Position numbers and translations under genes: made by a program
Shown: piece by piece, positions 1 to 10,484 of the stretch
How positions within the stretch are numbered: the stretch's first letter is position 1
Layout of the letters: every line of letters begins with the position of its first letter
The notes under the pieces: generated by a model
Told to the model about the DNA's origin: nothing
The model's input: the letters and a program-made list of their open reading frames with translations, nothing else
Databases searched by the model: none
Source of the DNA: Nitrosopumilus sp.
GTDB lineage: Archaea; Thermoproteota; Nitrososphaeria; Nitrososphaerales; Nitrosopumilaceae
Assembly: GCA_965205675.1 (NCBI GenBank)
Contig: OZ242186.1
Span: 576,001-640,000, forward strand
Reading direction: 5' to 3'
Length of the DNA stretch: 64,000 bases

Positions 1-65
1 TTGTAAACGTCTAGCTCATTTACACAAACATGACTAGATGCTGTCATTTTATAATTCAAATGAAA

Positions 66-163
66 TGGTGGACCGAATGGGATTTGAACCCACGACCTTT
101 GCGGGATGTTAACTCCTTACGCAGTGTGAGTGCGTCATCCAAACCAAACTAGACGACCGGTCC
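66..163 (-). tRNA. tRNA-Val(CAC) with a 20-nt non-canonical intron (98-117) and encoded CCA
   Basis: Minus strand folds as acceptor GGACCGG/TCGGTCC-A-CCA, anticodon arm ACGCA-CTCACAC-TGCGT and T-arm GTGGG-TTCAAAT-CCCAT. The extra 20 nt form a BHB motif. Confidence 0.93.
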
Positions 164-257
164 AACTCCTTTAATGAAAAAGGAGTTTTTTTGTCTTTGC
201 TATATGGATATGTCACAATTACCTTGATCTTTATTACTAATTTTCAAAATAATCTTC

Positions 258-506
258 ATGGCTTTACAAGAATTTGATGCATTAATTGACAGAATGAGGT
301 TGGCATTTGAATATGCTTATAATTTAGGTCAATATGTGGAGGCTGCCCGAGTTTTATTTCAGATGAATGCCCAACTACCTGAAAACTTACAATTATCTTT
401 TGAAGAATTGGAAAGTCCAGAAGCTGCAAAATCTTTTGTCAAAGAATACAATGCTGAATTAAAGTCTATAATTGTAAGTTATCGGCAAAGATTAATGATT
501 TCTTGA
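258..506 (+). CDS. hypothetical protein (82 aa)
   Basis: Clean ATG ORF with host-like composition filling the gap between the tRNA and rpl40e. Confidence 0.7.
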   Translation: MALQEFDALIDRMRLAFEYAYNLGQYVEAARVLFQMNAQLPENLQLSFEELESPEAAKSFVKEYNAELKSIIVSYRQRLMIS

Positions 507-508
507 TT

Positions 509-676
509 CTATTTCTTAACGCCAAGATTCCTATTCTTTAATCTCAAGTATGGGTTTCTACATTTTCTACATCTTGTAGCGCCAATATCATTTCTACATC
601 CACATTTGAAGCAAATTTTCATTACAAGACGTGCTTGTTGTGCAATTCGTTTCTTTTCTGGGTCTGTTATGGGCAT
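509..676 (-). CDS. rpl40e: 50S ribosomal protein L40e (55 aa; absent from the ORF track)
   Basis: Manual translation MPITDPEKKRIAQQARLVMKICFKCGCRNDIGATRCRKCRNPYLRLKNRNLGVKK shows the L40e C4 zinc finger. Confidence 0.93.
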   Translation of the reverse strand: MPITDPEKKRIAQQARLVMKICFKCGCRNDIGATRCRKCRNPYLRLKNRNLGVKK

Positions 677-707
677 TTAGTTTTATCTTTTATCTCTCTC
701 TTTTATT

Positions 708-1625
708 CTAATCGGATTTTTCCATTTTTCCTGCTAATAATACTGGTACTTCTGCAGGTCTTTTTGCTACTGGGATGTTTGCTTTGTTAAACATTGATAC
801 TTTGGATTCTGCTGAACCATATGTTCCCATGACAATTGCTCCTGCATGACCCATTCTTTTTTCTTTAGGTGCTGCCCTTCCTGCAATATATGCCACAGTT
901 GGTTTTTTAAATCCGCTATCAATAATCCCTTGCGCTAAAATCTCTTCAGAATCTCCTCCGATCTCTCCTACTACTACCAACCCTTCTAAATCTGGAATAT
1001 CTTTTATCATTTCAAATGCATCAATTAATCTCGTACCATTTACTGGGTCTCCTCCAATTCCTATGGTGATTGACTGTCCAAATCCGGAGTTTGTAAGAGC
1101 GTCTGAAATCTCATAAAGTAGCGTTCCACTTTTTGATAACACTGCAATCTTTCCTGCTGTAAATGGCATTGATGGCATAATCCCAATTTTAATTAATTTT
1201 GGAATCATGATTCCTGGAGTATTTGGTCCTATGATCACTGCTCCTTTTTTCTTTGCTAAATCTAATGCTTCCATGGTATCTCTAATTGGAACATGTTCTG
1301 GAATTGCAACTAGTAGTTTGATTCCTGATTCTAATGCATCTTTGGCTGCTGATAAGAAGAATTTTGCTGGAACAAACACTATTGAAATTTTTGCATTTGT
1401 TGCATCTACTGCTTCTTGCATTGTGTTGTAAACTGGAATTGTATCTTCAAATTTTTGACCTCCTTTACCTGGAGTTACTCCTGCAACAACATTAGTTCCA
1501 TATGATATCATTTGTTTTGCATGTAGTGAACCATAAGATCCGGTAATTCCTTGAATAATAACTCCTTTGTTTTCATAATCTGAGTCCTCTGGCCTTCCTT
1601 TTAGTAATTCAAAGATATCTGTCAT
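708..1625 (-). CDS. sucD: succinyl-CoA synthetase alpha subunit
   Basis: QGITG, GVTPGKGG, IGPNTPG and phospho-His motif RMGHAGA; overlaps the sucC stop. Confidence 0.96.
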   Translation of the reverse strand: MTDIFELLKGRPEDSDYENKGVIIQGITGSYGSLHAKQMISYGTNVVAGVTPGKGGQKFEDTIPVYNTMQEAVDATNAKISIVFVPAKFFLSAAKDALESGIKLLVAIPEHVPIRDTMEALDLAKKKGAVIIGPNTPGIMIPKLIKIGIMPSMPFTAGKIAVLSKSGTLLYEISDALTNSGFGQSITIGIGGDPVNGTRLIDAFEMIKDIPDLEGLVVVGEIGGDSEEILAQGIIDSGFKKPTVAYIAGRAAPKEKRMGHAGAIVMGTYGSAESKVSMFNKANIPVAKRPAEVPVLLAGKMEKSD

Positions 1626-2728
1626 TTTTTTATCCCCATAACTGCTGCATTAATTGCTTCTTCTACAGAATTAAATATCTTGGTCCTAGATCCTTGAAGC
1701 ATCTCTTTTGCCTTTTCTGATTCTGTACCTTTTAGTCTTGAAAATACTGGTAAATCAATTAAATTATTTTCATATGCTTTAAGAAATGCTTCTGCAACTA
1801 CTGTAGTCTTGACGATTCCTCCATAAAGATTTACTAGAATTCCCTTTATCCTGTCTATCTTGCTAATCAAGGTCAATGCTTCATACACTGATTCTGTTGT
1901 TGCACCTCCCCCTACATCTAGAAAACATGCTGGCTTTCCACCATTATCTGCTAACATATCTAATGTTGACATTACAAGTCCTGCACCATTTCCAACTACT
2001 GCAATATCTCCGTCAAGTTCTACTAGGGAGAATCCGCTTTTTTCAGCTTGTTCTTCTATTGCCGTTTTCTCTTGATATTTCTGCAATTCATCATGTCTGA
2101 AATTACTATTGTCATCTGTTACAAATTTTCCATCAAGTGCCATGATTGAATCATCTTGCATAATAGCTAATGGATTAATTTCTACCAGTTCAGCTTCTTT
2201 TTCAATTGTAAGTTTTGATAATTTTTTTAGCGTATCTACAAATTGATCTGCCGTTTTTCCTTCCAATTTCATCTCTTGTGCAACTTTCCTTGCAAGTTCA
2301 TCTGAAACCTCTCCTAATCCTACTTCTTTGATTATCTGATTTTTGACTGATTCAATTTCAACTCCTCCTTCCGATGATGCAATAATGGTGTAACATCTTT
2401 TTGAGCGATTCAAAAATAATGAAAGATACAATTCTTTTTTAATATCTGCCATTTTTTCTAGCAAAATCGCTCTTGCCTTTTCTCCTTTGATTACCAAATC
2501 CATGACTTGAGGATATTTTATCTCAAATTCATCATCGTTTTGACATTTCTGGATTCCTCCTGCTTTTCCTCTACCTCCTACTGGAACTTGGATTTTAATT
2601 ACAAATGGATATCCTAACTCTTTTGCATGTTTACGTCCATCCTCAATATTCGTAGATGAAATGCTCTCAAGTAAGTTGATTCCATATTCTCGAAATAATT
2701 CCTTGGCCTGAAATTCTAATAATTGCAT
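1622..2728 (-). CDS. sucC: succinyl-CoA synthetase beta subunit
   Basis: GGRGKAGG, EINPL, NGAGL and FLDVGGGA motifs. Confidence 0.96.
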   Translation of the reverse strand: MQLLEFQAKELFREYGINLLESISSTNIEDGRKHAKELGYPFVIKIQVPVGGRGKAGGIQKCQNDDEFEIKYPQVMDLVIKGEKARAILLEKMADIKKELYLSLFLNRSKRCYTIIASSEGGVEIESVKNQIIKEVGLGEVSDELARKVAQEMKLEGKTADQFVDTLKKLSKLTIEKEAELVEINPLAIMQDDSIMALDGKFVTDDNSNFRHDELQKYQEKTAIEEQAEKSGFSLVELDGDIAVVGNGAGLVMSTLDMLADNGGKPACFLDVGGGATTESVYEALTLISKIDRIKGILVNLYGGIVKTTVVAEAFLKAYENNLIDLPVFSRLKGTESEKAKEMLQGSRTKIFNSVEEAINAAVMGIKK

Positions 2729-2768
2729 GCAAGAATCATGAACTTTACGGTCTTTATTAACTATGATA

Positions 2769-3098
2769 CTATTTTAATTGCTCATCTAAAAAATCAATCA
2801 TTTCTAAAAAGCGATCTTTACTTTTTCGTAATAGTCCTTGCGGATATTCTTCAATTGTAAATACAAACTGTTGATGAAAACTTGGAACTATAATTCCTCC
2901 CGATGTGATTATTTGTTCAATGACGTATCCTTTGGTAAGTGTACATACAATTTCTTCATATGATCCTTCTTCTTCTTCTAGAGTCTGACGGTATAGAATG
3001 ATGGGTTTGTTTGTTTTTGCAACAATGTTTGAACCTTTCTCTAGTAGATCTGATAAATGCTGAATTTGCCATGTATCGAGATTAATTTGTTTTACCAT
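2769..3098 (-). CDS. hypothetical protein (109 aa)
   Basis: ATG ORF co-oriented with its neighbours, typical composition. Confidence 0.7.
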   Translation of the reverse strand: MVKQINLDTWQIQHLSDLLEKGSNIVAKTNKPIILYRQTLEEEEGSYEEIVCTLTKGYVIEQIITSGGIIVPSFHQQFVFTIEEYPQGLLRKSKDRFLEMIDFLDEQLK

Positions 3099-3212
3099 AT
3101 TACTGATACGTGATTTTTCTATTTAACCGTAATAAAACAATGCATATTCACAACTTGTCGTCTATAAAATCACTTTAATTTTGAATTTAAAATAAAGAAA
3201 ATAATGTGACAC

Positions 3213-3797
3213 TTAGGCCATGTCTAATGCTCTAGAATGTTTTCTTGTATGTGGTCTTTCTCCTGCATACTTTCTTCTCATATGTCCTGATGGTCTTCCA
3301 TAGATTATCTCCAAGAACCAAGACTCATGTTCGATCTCCTCAGCTAGAATATCTTTTGCAATATCATATGTGGCAGGATCTTTTCCTAATGTCATCTGAC
3401 AAATTTTATTCCAGTTGACTATTGCACCTTGTTCTGCTTTGAGACACTTTTCTAGAATCGCTTTATGATCTGTTGGATTTGTTGGAAGTTGTAAGAATTC
3501 ACAGCCAGAAATTTTGATAAATTCTGTTGCATCATTTGGAAGGGTGCCTCCTAATTGATAGATTCTCTCAAGACATGATTCAAAATGACTAAGATCTTCT
3601 AGTCTTGCATCTTCAATAATTCCCTTCAATCCTTCACCTTCCATGCCTGTACAATGTGCTCTGAGATTGGTAAAGTAATAGTACGCAGTAAATTCGACTG
3701 CTGCATTTTTGATTAGTTCTTTTACCAACTCATCTACATCTAGGCCATTTTGTTTTAGAACGTTAATTCCAACAACATTTGGGGTTGATTCTGACAT
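3213..3797 (-). CDS. Dps-like (DpsL) ferritin-superfamily protein
   Basis: EFTAYYY, EDARLEDLSH and EEIEHE di-iron motifs; C-terminal PSGH. Confidence 0.88.
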   Translation of the reverse strand: MSESTPNVVGINVLKQNGLDVDELVKELIKNAAVEFTAYYYFTNLRAHCTGMEGEGLKGIIEDARLEDLSHFESCLERIYQLGGTLPNDATEFIKISGCEFLQLPTNPTDHKAILEKCLKAEQGAIVNWNKICQMTLGKDPATYDIAKDILAEEIEHESWFLEIIYGRPSGHMRRKYAGERPHTRKHSRALDMA

Positions 3798-3849
3798 TTG
3801 ATTATGATGTTTTTAATTGTAATAAAAATATTACATTGATTCTTGAAAA

Positions 3850-6800
3850 TTATTCTACTGATATTTTGATTTTTTGGCCATCAATGTCTACTTCCTTGTA
3901 TTCTTTACAAGTTTCAGTAAAGTTAACTTGTTTAACTCTGACCAAAAATGCCAATTCTTTAGCTTTTTCTTTCATCATTTCAAGTGATTCTTCATCTAAT
4001 TCTAAAATTGATGCAATCTCTAAAACGTCAGTTGGAGTATATCCTCTCTCTTTTCTAAGAGTCTGCATTCTTCTTGCAATATCTCTTACTAGCCCTTTGG
4101 ACATCATCTCTTTATTTCTTGATGTTGAAATTATTACTGTGTAATTGTCTCTTCTAGCTGCAGCGAAATTTTCACTTGCATCAAAATCAATAATAAAATC
4201 TTCATTATCTAATGATATTACCTCTCCATCAATATTAAAATCACATTTTGAATTTCTCTCTAATGATGAAATAATTTCATCTGGGTCTGTTTCATTAAAT
4301 GTTGATACTAGTTTTCCCATGCGTTGTTTTGCTTTTGGCCCTATTCGTTTTCTTTCTAATTCTACTACTCCTTTAACTGGTAATCCTAACTGTTTTAATT
4401 CTGAAATCTGCTCTAACCCTGATTCTTTTTCTGTTTCGATAATGCTAAATTTTTCTACATTGAGTTGTGATTGTAATAATTTTGACAGTGATTCCAGTTT
4501 ACTTTTTTGGCCTTTTCTAACACAAATCTGTGCTTCATTTAATGGCCATCGTCTCTTTAATTTTCCTTTCATTCTTGCTGCAGATGAAATGGACACGATA
4601 TCTTTCATAATATCAAATGATTCTTCAATCTCTTTATTGACTAGAGATTCTTGATATGTAGGCCATTTGTCCAGTAGAATACTTTGTTTTTCTGGGAATA
4701 TTGCTTGGTAAAGATACTCACTGATAAATGGACAAAATGGATGAATCAAAATATCTAGTGTTTTGAGAATTTTACTTAGAATTGCATATATTGATAATCT
4801 TCTGTTTTTCTTTTCTTCATCTTCATTCCATAACTCTCCTCTGGTGATTGGAATGTAGATTTTACTAAGGCTGTTAATTATGAAATCATCGATTGCTTTT
4901 GCACCTTCATGAAATTTACATGATTCATTCTTCTCAGTCAATGTTTGGATTAATTTTTGGAGTTTTGATAATAGCCAAATATCTGAAGATGTTAGTAAAT
5001 TGTTTTGTTTTGCCCATTCTATTGTATGTGTTTTCTCAAAATTATCATACTGACTATTTTGTTGAAAGTATAAGTGGAGATTGAATAATGTGTTAATTAT
5101 TTGGTATGGTCTTGACATCAATTCATCTGTGCTGAAACTGAGTGGTTCAATTGGACTTGCTTTCCACATGAAATAGAATCTAACTGAATCTATTGGATAT
5201 TTTTCAAGCAATTCTGCACCTTCTAAGACATTTCCTTTACTTTTACTCATTTTGCCCCCTTTTTCATCTAATACATGTCCTTGAAACAAAAATGCCTTGT
5301 ATGGTGATGTTGCAGCGTTATTCAAAATTACATTTTCAATTAATAAAGTGTATGCCCACCCTCTGGTCTGATCAATTCCTTCTGTAAAGAACGGTGCGGG
5401 AATTTCATTGGAATATTCTTCATCCGTTAGTGATGAATATGGGGCAGAGCCACTGTTGTGCCAAGTATCTAAAACATACTCTTCTCTTTTTGTGTTGACA
5501 CTATTGCATTTTTTACATTTTATTGTGATATTGTCAATCCACGGTCTGTGTAATTCAAAGTTTGGACCATCAGGTAATCTGTCTGCAGATTCTACAATGT
5601 CTTTTCTTGTAAAGAACCAATTCTTTTCTCCGCAGTCTTCACATTTCCATACTGGTAGGGGGCATCCCCAAATTCTTTCTCTGGAAATACACCACGGATG
5701 TCTTTCTTTGATAATTCCAAGAAACCTGTTTTTTGGCTGTTCAAAAAAGTATTCTACGCTCTCTGCAGCATCTATTGCTTTGTTATCTAATCTGTCTAGT
5801 TTGTAAAACCATCCTCTTCTAGCAAGCCAAACAATTGGATGATGTGATCTCCAGCATAATGGGTACTTGTGTTTAATTTTGCTTATTTTTACTAGAGCCT
5901 TGCGTTCTTTTAGATCCTCTACAATGGGTCTGTCTGCATCTCTGACAAACATTCCTTGGTATTTCCCTGCTTTGCCTGTGAATTTTACTTCGTCATTGAT
6001 GGGGCTGAAAATCTTGACTTTGCGTTTGTTTGCAATTTTGATATCTTCCTCACCATTTGCAGGTGACAAATGAACTAATCCACTACCTGTACTGGCATCC
6101 ACAAATGCTTCTGACACTGCAATGTGATAATTGTCTTCTTTTGAAATCTCTTTTAATTCTGGAATCAAATCTAGTAGTGGGTGGATGTATTTTTTTCCTT
6201 CAAATTTTGAACCTTTTATTGTTTTTGTGATTTGATATTCTTCAATTTTTACATCTGTCATGAATTCTTCCAATCTTGTTTTTCCAATAACCCATGTTTC
6301 ATTTTCAACTTTGACGTATGCATAGTCTTCTTCTGGCTGCAGTCCTACCATTGCATCTGTAACAAGTGTAAATGGCATAGTAGTCCAAACTATCAAAAAT
6401 ACATCTTCATCTACTAGTTTGGCTTTGTAGTATAGTGATGGATCTTTGACTTCTTCATATCCTTGATTTACTTCTGCATGACTGAGTGATGTTTGACAAC
6501 TTGGACAGTATGCAATTACTGTAAAGTCTTCTTCTAAAATTTTACTTTCATATGCTTTTTTGAGTACTTGCCATTCTCTTTCGATAAATTCATCTCTAAA
6601 AGTCCAATATGCTTTTTCATGATTAAATGACATTCCAAGCAAATCATCTACTTTTGTCCATGTTTTGTTAAATTTTTCTACAATTTTTTTACATTCAGCA
6701 ACAATTCTTTCAACTCCAAATTCCTTGATAGCTTCACTTTTTCCTCCGGTTACTCCTAATTCTTTTTCAACTTGTAGTTCCACTGGAAGTCCTTGCGTGT

Positions 6801-7047
6801 CCCATCCTCCATTGAATTCAATTTTTTTCCCCTGCAGTGTATTGAATCTATACCACAAATCTTTGATTACTCTGCCTCTAAGATGCCCTGCATGCGGAAT
6901 TCCATTCATCGTTGGTGGTCCTTCAATGAATCTAATCTTTTCAGGTTTATCTGATGCAAAAATTTGTTTTTCTAAATCTATGGATTTGATGTATTCTTTA
7001 ACTTGAGATTCGATTGCTTTGGCATCAAATTTTGTAGCAAGTTCCAT
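3850..7047 (-). CDS. ileS: isoleucyl-tRNA synthetase
   Basis: GPP..NG.PHAGH (HIGH), WTTMP, WCISRER, EGIDQTRGW and KMSKS. Confidence 0.97.
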   Translation of the reverse strand: MELATKFDAKAIESQVKEYIKSIDLEKQIFASDKPEKIRFIEGPPTMNGIPHAGHLRGRVIKDLWYRFNTLQGKKIEFNGGWDTQGLPVELQVEKELGVTGGKSEAIKEFGVERIVAECKKIVEKFNKTWTKVDDLLGMSFNHEKAYWTFRDEFIEREWQVLKKAYESKILEEDFTVIAYCPSCQTSLSHAEVNQGYEEVKDPSLYYKAKLVDEDVFLIVWTTMPFTLVTDAMVGLQPEEDYAYVKVENETWVIGKTRLEEFMTDVKIEEYQITKTIKGSKFEGKKYIHPLLDLIPELKEISKEDNYHIAVSEAFVDASTGSGLVHLSPANGEEDIKIANKRKVKIFSPINDEVKFTGKAGKYQGMFVRDADRPIVEDLKERKALVKISKIKHKYPLCWRSHHPIVWLARRGWFYKLDRLDNKAIDAAESVEYFFEQPKNRFLGIIKERHPWCISRERIWGCPLPVWKCEDCGEKNWFFTRKDIVESADRLPDGPNFELHRPWIDNITIKCKKCNSVNTKREEYVLDTWHNSGSAPYSSLTDEEYSNEIPAPFFTEGIDQTRGWAYTLLIENVILNNAATSPYKAFLFQGHVLDEKGGKMSKSKGNVLEGAELLEKYPIDSVRFYFMWKASPIEPLSFSTDELMSRPYQIINTLFNLHLYFQQNSQYDNFEKTHTIEWAKQNNLLTSSDIWLLSKLQKLIQTLTEKNESCKFHEGAKAIDDFIINSLSKIYIPITRGELWNEDEEKKNRRLSIYAILSKILKTLDILIHPFCPFISEYLYQAIFPEKQSILLDKWPTYQESLVNKEIEESFDIMKDIVSISSAARMKGKLKRRWPLNEAQICVRKGQKSKLESLSKLLQSQLNVEKFSIIETEKESGLEQISELKQLGLPVKGVVELERKRIGPKAKQRMGKLVSTFNETDPDEIISSLERNSKCDFNIDGEVISLDNEDFIIDFDASENFAAARRDNYTVIISTSRNKEMMSKGLVRDIARRMQTLRKERGYTPTDVLEIASILELDEESLEMMKEKAKELAFLVRVKQVNFTETCKEYKEVDIDGQKIKISVE

Positions 7048-7133
7048 CTAAATTTTGATATGTTGGTGGCATTATAAAGCTAAATTGATTTGTTGAGACT
7101 TGGATTATATAATTGAAAAAAAGATAACTTTTG

Positions 7134-8367
7134 TTGGTTAATGTCTTAGTGATTGGTTCTAGTTGACACAAATATGCTCTATCTTGGAAGTTATCTCAAA
7201 GTGATAAAGTTGAAACTGTTTTCATTACTCCTGTAAATGGAGGCACTAAAAACAATATTCCGATAAATGTCAATGATTTAGATGGCCTAGCTGATTTTGC
7301 ATAAAAAAATAATTGTTTTACTGTAGTTGGATCTGAAGATCCTTTGGTTGCTGGAATTGTTGATAAATTTAGCAAATTAAATCTCAAAGTTTTTGGACCT
7401 GCTCAAAAGGCTGCTCATCTTAAATCAAGTAAGATTTGGACAAAAGATTTCATGAAACAAAATTCCTACTGCTAGATTCGAAATATTTAATCATGCTCAA
7501 AAAGCTCAAGAGTATTTACAATCCCTCAATTACAATGTAGTTGTAAATGCTGATGGTCTTGCAGCAGGAAAAGATGTAATTGTTTGTAATAGTAATGATG
7601 AGGCAATATCATCCATCCAAACAATTCTGATAAAAAAGATATTTGGTAATGCAGGTAACAGATTCATAATTGAAGATGAGAATTGATGGCGTTGAATCCT
7701 CATACATTGCCCTCTCTGATAGCGATGTTGCTATCCCTATGACATCAAGTCAAGATCACAAGCGAATTTTTGATAATGATGAGGGTCTCAATACCGGTGG
7801 GGTGCGTATTCTCCAATTCCTATCATTGATGATAGTTTAACAAAAATTATCCAACAAGAAATAATTGAGAAAACCATTAATGCAATGAAAAAAGAAGGCA
7901 TTTTGTTTAAGGGATTTTTGTATGCTGACATTATAATTCGAGATGGCAAACCTTTTGTTTTAGAGTATAATGTACGAATGGGGGAGATCCTGAATGTCAC
8001 CCAATCACATTGTGTATGGATTCTGATTTGTATGATTATTTTGTTGTCCGTGTTGAATGCAATTTGTCTGCATCATCTTCTGCATCTTGGAAACCCCAAT
8101 CCGCAGTATGTGTGATATTGGTGTCAAAAGAATACCCTGAATCTTATTCAAAAAATGATGAAATTATTGGATTTGATTCTGTTTTGATGGTGTTATAGTT
8201 TTTCATGCAGGTACAAAAAAATCTGATGAGAGAACTCTTTCAAATGGTGGACGTGTGTTGGGAATAGCTGCATTAGAGTCTGCAGTTACTAGCATATGAA
8301 GCAACTAAAAAAATCACTTGGTCTCAGAAATACCATCAAAATGATATGTAGGTCAAAAAGATCTTTC
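7134..8367 (+). pseudogene. purD: phosphoribosylamine-glycine ligase pseudogene with multiple stops and frameshifts
   Basis: MVNVLVIGSS*HKYALSWKLSQS (TGA at 7164), then TVVGSEDPLVAGIVD, ADGLAAGKDV, SQDHKRIFDND, VLEYNVRMG and VFHAGT..NGGRVL in shifting frames. Confidence 0.93.
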
Positions 8368-8931
8368 TTATTTTTGAGTTTGAATTATTTCATCTTCTGT
8401 AACAATCCAATCAATTAGTATATCATGTTCTGATCTTGGAATTTTTTTGATAATTTGTTTTTTTAATGTCAATGAAATCGTTATAGTTTTGTTATTTGCC
8501 AAAAATTTATCATAAAATCCTTGGCCATATCCCAATCTAACTCCGTCTGGAGATATTCCTACTGTTGGTACTAGAATGACATCTAGGTTGTTATCTACAG
8601 GGCAATTCTCTTTTGGTTCCATAATGTCAAAATTACCTCGTTCTAGGCTCGAAAAGTCCTCAATTTTTCTAAATTCTATCTTATCTTTTACTATTTTTGG
8701 TAAAAAAACTTCCTTGCCTTGACTGAGTAATTCCTGAATGATGTCCTGTGTGAGTATTTCATTTCTTATTGGATAGTATGCTCCAATTTTTTGAGCATTT
8801 TTGAATGAAAAAATCTTTTTTAATTTTTTCTGAATTTTCTGACTTGCTATCTTCATCAAATCAAATGATGTGTTGTCTCTTGTTTCTAAAAGACGATTTC
8901 TAAGTGATCTTTTTTCTGGATTATTGTCCAA
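8368..8931 (-). CDS. 5-formyltetrahydrofolate cyclo-ligase
   Basis: DVILVP and RLGYGQGFYDK motifs; adjacent to folD. Confidence 0.92.
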   Translation of the reverse strand: MDNNPEKRSLRNRLLETRDNTSFDLMKIASQKIQKKLKKIFSFKNAQKIGAYYPIRNEILTQDIIQELLSQGKEVFLPKIVKDKIEFRKIEDFSSLERGNFDIMEPKENCPVDNNLDVILVPTVGISPDGVRLGYGQGFYDKFLANNKTITISLTLKKQIIKKIPRSEHDILIDWIVTEDEIIQTQK

Positions 8932-9784
8932 TTTTACTACCCGGCGATGCTGCTGTAATTGTATTTTTTAATAACATTGCAACTGTCATGGGCCCAACTC
9001 CTCCTGGAACCGGAGTTGCAAAAGATGCTTTTTGAATTATTTTTTCATAATCTGAATCTCCTACTAATTTTTCTTGAAATCTTGAAATTGCAACGTCAAT
9101 CACAATTGCTCCTTCTTTGATCATTTCTGGGGATAGTGTGAATCTATTTCTGTCTCCAACTGCGGTAATCACAACATCTGCTTCTTGACATAGTTTAGTT
9201 AGGTTTTTGGTTTTAGAATGACATGTCATAACTGTTGCATTTTTTTCTAATAATAAATGATATAGTGGTTTTCCTACAAGATTACTTCTGTTAATTAGTA
9301 CAATATTCTTCCCTTCTAAATTGATATCATGGTAATCAAACATTTCCATTACTCCTGATGGTGTACATGCAACTAGATCTGCTTTTTTCATCGCAAGTAA
9401 TCCTGCATTATGCGGAGTTAAGCCATCCACATCTTTTAGTGATGATATTCTTGATGTTGTTGTAAATTCATCTAGTTGTTCTGGCAGTGGTAGTTGAATT
9501 AGAATCCCATGAACAGAATTATCTGCATTTAGCTCATCAATAATTTTTGTTAATTCTGGCTGTGTGATATTTGCATCAAGCTTGTAGTCTTTGGTGGCAA
9601 TATCTACTTCTTCACATGCTTTGTGTTTGTTTCTGACATATGTGGCAGATACTGGACTGTCTCCAACCAAAACTGTGGCTAGACAAGGCACTATTCCCTG
9701 ATTTTTTAACTCTTTGGTGGCTTTCTTGACTCTATCTTTGACTGATTGGGCGATAACTTTGCCATCAATTTTGACTCCTGTCAT
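8921..9784 (-). CDS. folD: methylenetetrahydrofolate dehydrogenase/cyclohydrolase
   Basis: GILIQLPLP, KDVDGL, CTP, RSNLVGKP and TPVPGGVGPMTVAML. Confidence 0.96.
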   Translation of the reverse strand: MTGVKIDGKVIAQSVKDRVKKATKELKNQGIVPCLATVLVGDSPVSATYVRNKHKACEEVDIATKDYKLDANITQPELTKIIDELNADNSVHGILIQLPLPEQLDEFTTTSRISSLKDVDGLTPHNAGLLAMKKADLVACTPSGVMEMFDYHDINLEGKNIVLINRSNLVGKPLYHLLLEKNATVMTCHSKTKNLTKLCQEADVVITAVGDRNRFTLSPEMIKEGAIVIDVAISRFQEKLVGDSDYEKIIQKASFATPVPGGVGPMTVAMLLKNTITAASPGSKIGQ

Positions 9785-9876
9785 GTCTTGTTTTTGATTT
9801 GTAGATATTTAATTCTTGGAATTATCCTTTGAAAATCTTAGAAAAGAAATTAAATGGTTATCTTTCTAGTCTTATC

Positions 9877-10161
9877 ATGTTTGTAATGATTGCAGATATT
9901 CAACTCAAAGAAGGCGTTGAAGAAGATTTCAAAAAATGGTTTGTAGAATCAAATAAATCCCTGTGTAATTTTCCTGGATTCATCTCTAGAAAATTCTTAA
10001 AATCCTCTGATGGTAACTACCGAATTCTTGTAGAGCATGAAAGTAAAGAGACATTTATTAAAATGCATCAAAGTCCAGAACATGAAAAAGTTCATCCAAT
10101 TGGACATTCTTTTATGAGTGCAGATCCTCAAAGAAAAACCTACACTGTAGCTGCTGAATAG
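9877..10161 (+). CDS. antibiotic biosynthesis monooxygenase (ABM) domain protein
   Basis: PGFISR and F..MHQSPEH pattern; probable start MFVMIAD at 9877. Confidence 0.75.
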   Translation: MFVMIADIQLKEGVEEDFKKWFVESNKSLCNFPGFISRKFLKSSDGNYRILVEHESKETFIKMHQSPEHEKVHPIGHSFMSADPQRKTYTVAAE

Positions 10162-10163
10162 AA

Positions 10164-10484
10164 TTGAAGCTAGAGTACGATCTGAATGCATACGTTGAAA
10201 AAATAAAAAATAAAACTTCTTATTTTCATACTTTTATCAATAAATCTAACCTAGCTGCAGGTATTTTAATTCTAAAACCAGGTGAAGAAGACATTCAATT
10301 TCCTCATGATAGTGATGAGGTATATTATATTATTTCTGGTAATGGCTATTTGAAAATAAAAGATAAAGACTATAAAGTTTCAAAAGACAAATTATTTTTT
10401 ATTGCAAAAGATGTTGAGCATTTCTTTCATGGTAATACTAAAGAGCTCAAAGTTTTGTATTTTTTTGGCGGTCCTGATTCTTAA
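10164..10484 (+). CDS. cupin domain protein
   Basis: PHDSDEVYYIISGNG ... VEHFF cupin motifs. Confidence 0.85.
   Translation: MKLEYDLNAYVEKIKNKTSYFHTFINKSNLAAGILILKPGEEDIQFPHDSDEVYYIISGNGYLKIKDKDYKVSKDKLFFIAKDVEHFFHGNTKELKVLYFFGGPDS

Noticed and set aside
7164-7166. Selenocysteine or read-through at the purD TGA
   Set aside because: It replaces a conserved Gly, and many other lesions follow.
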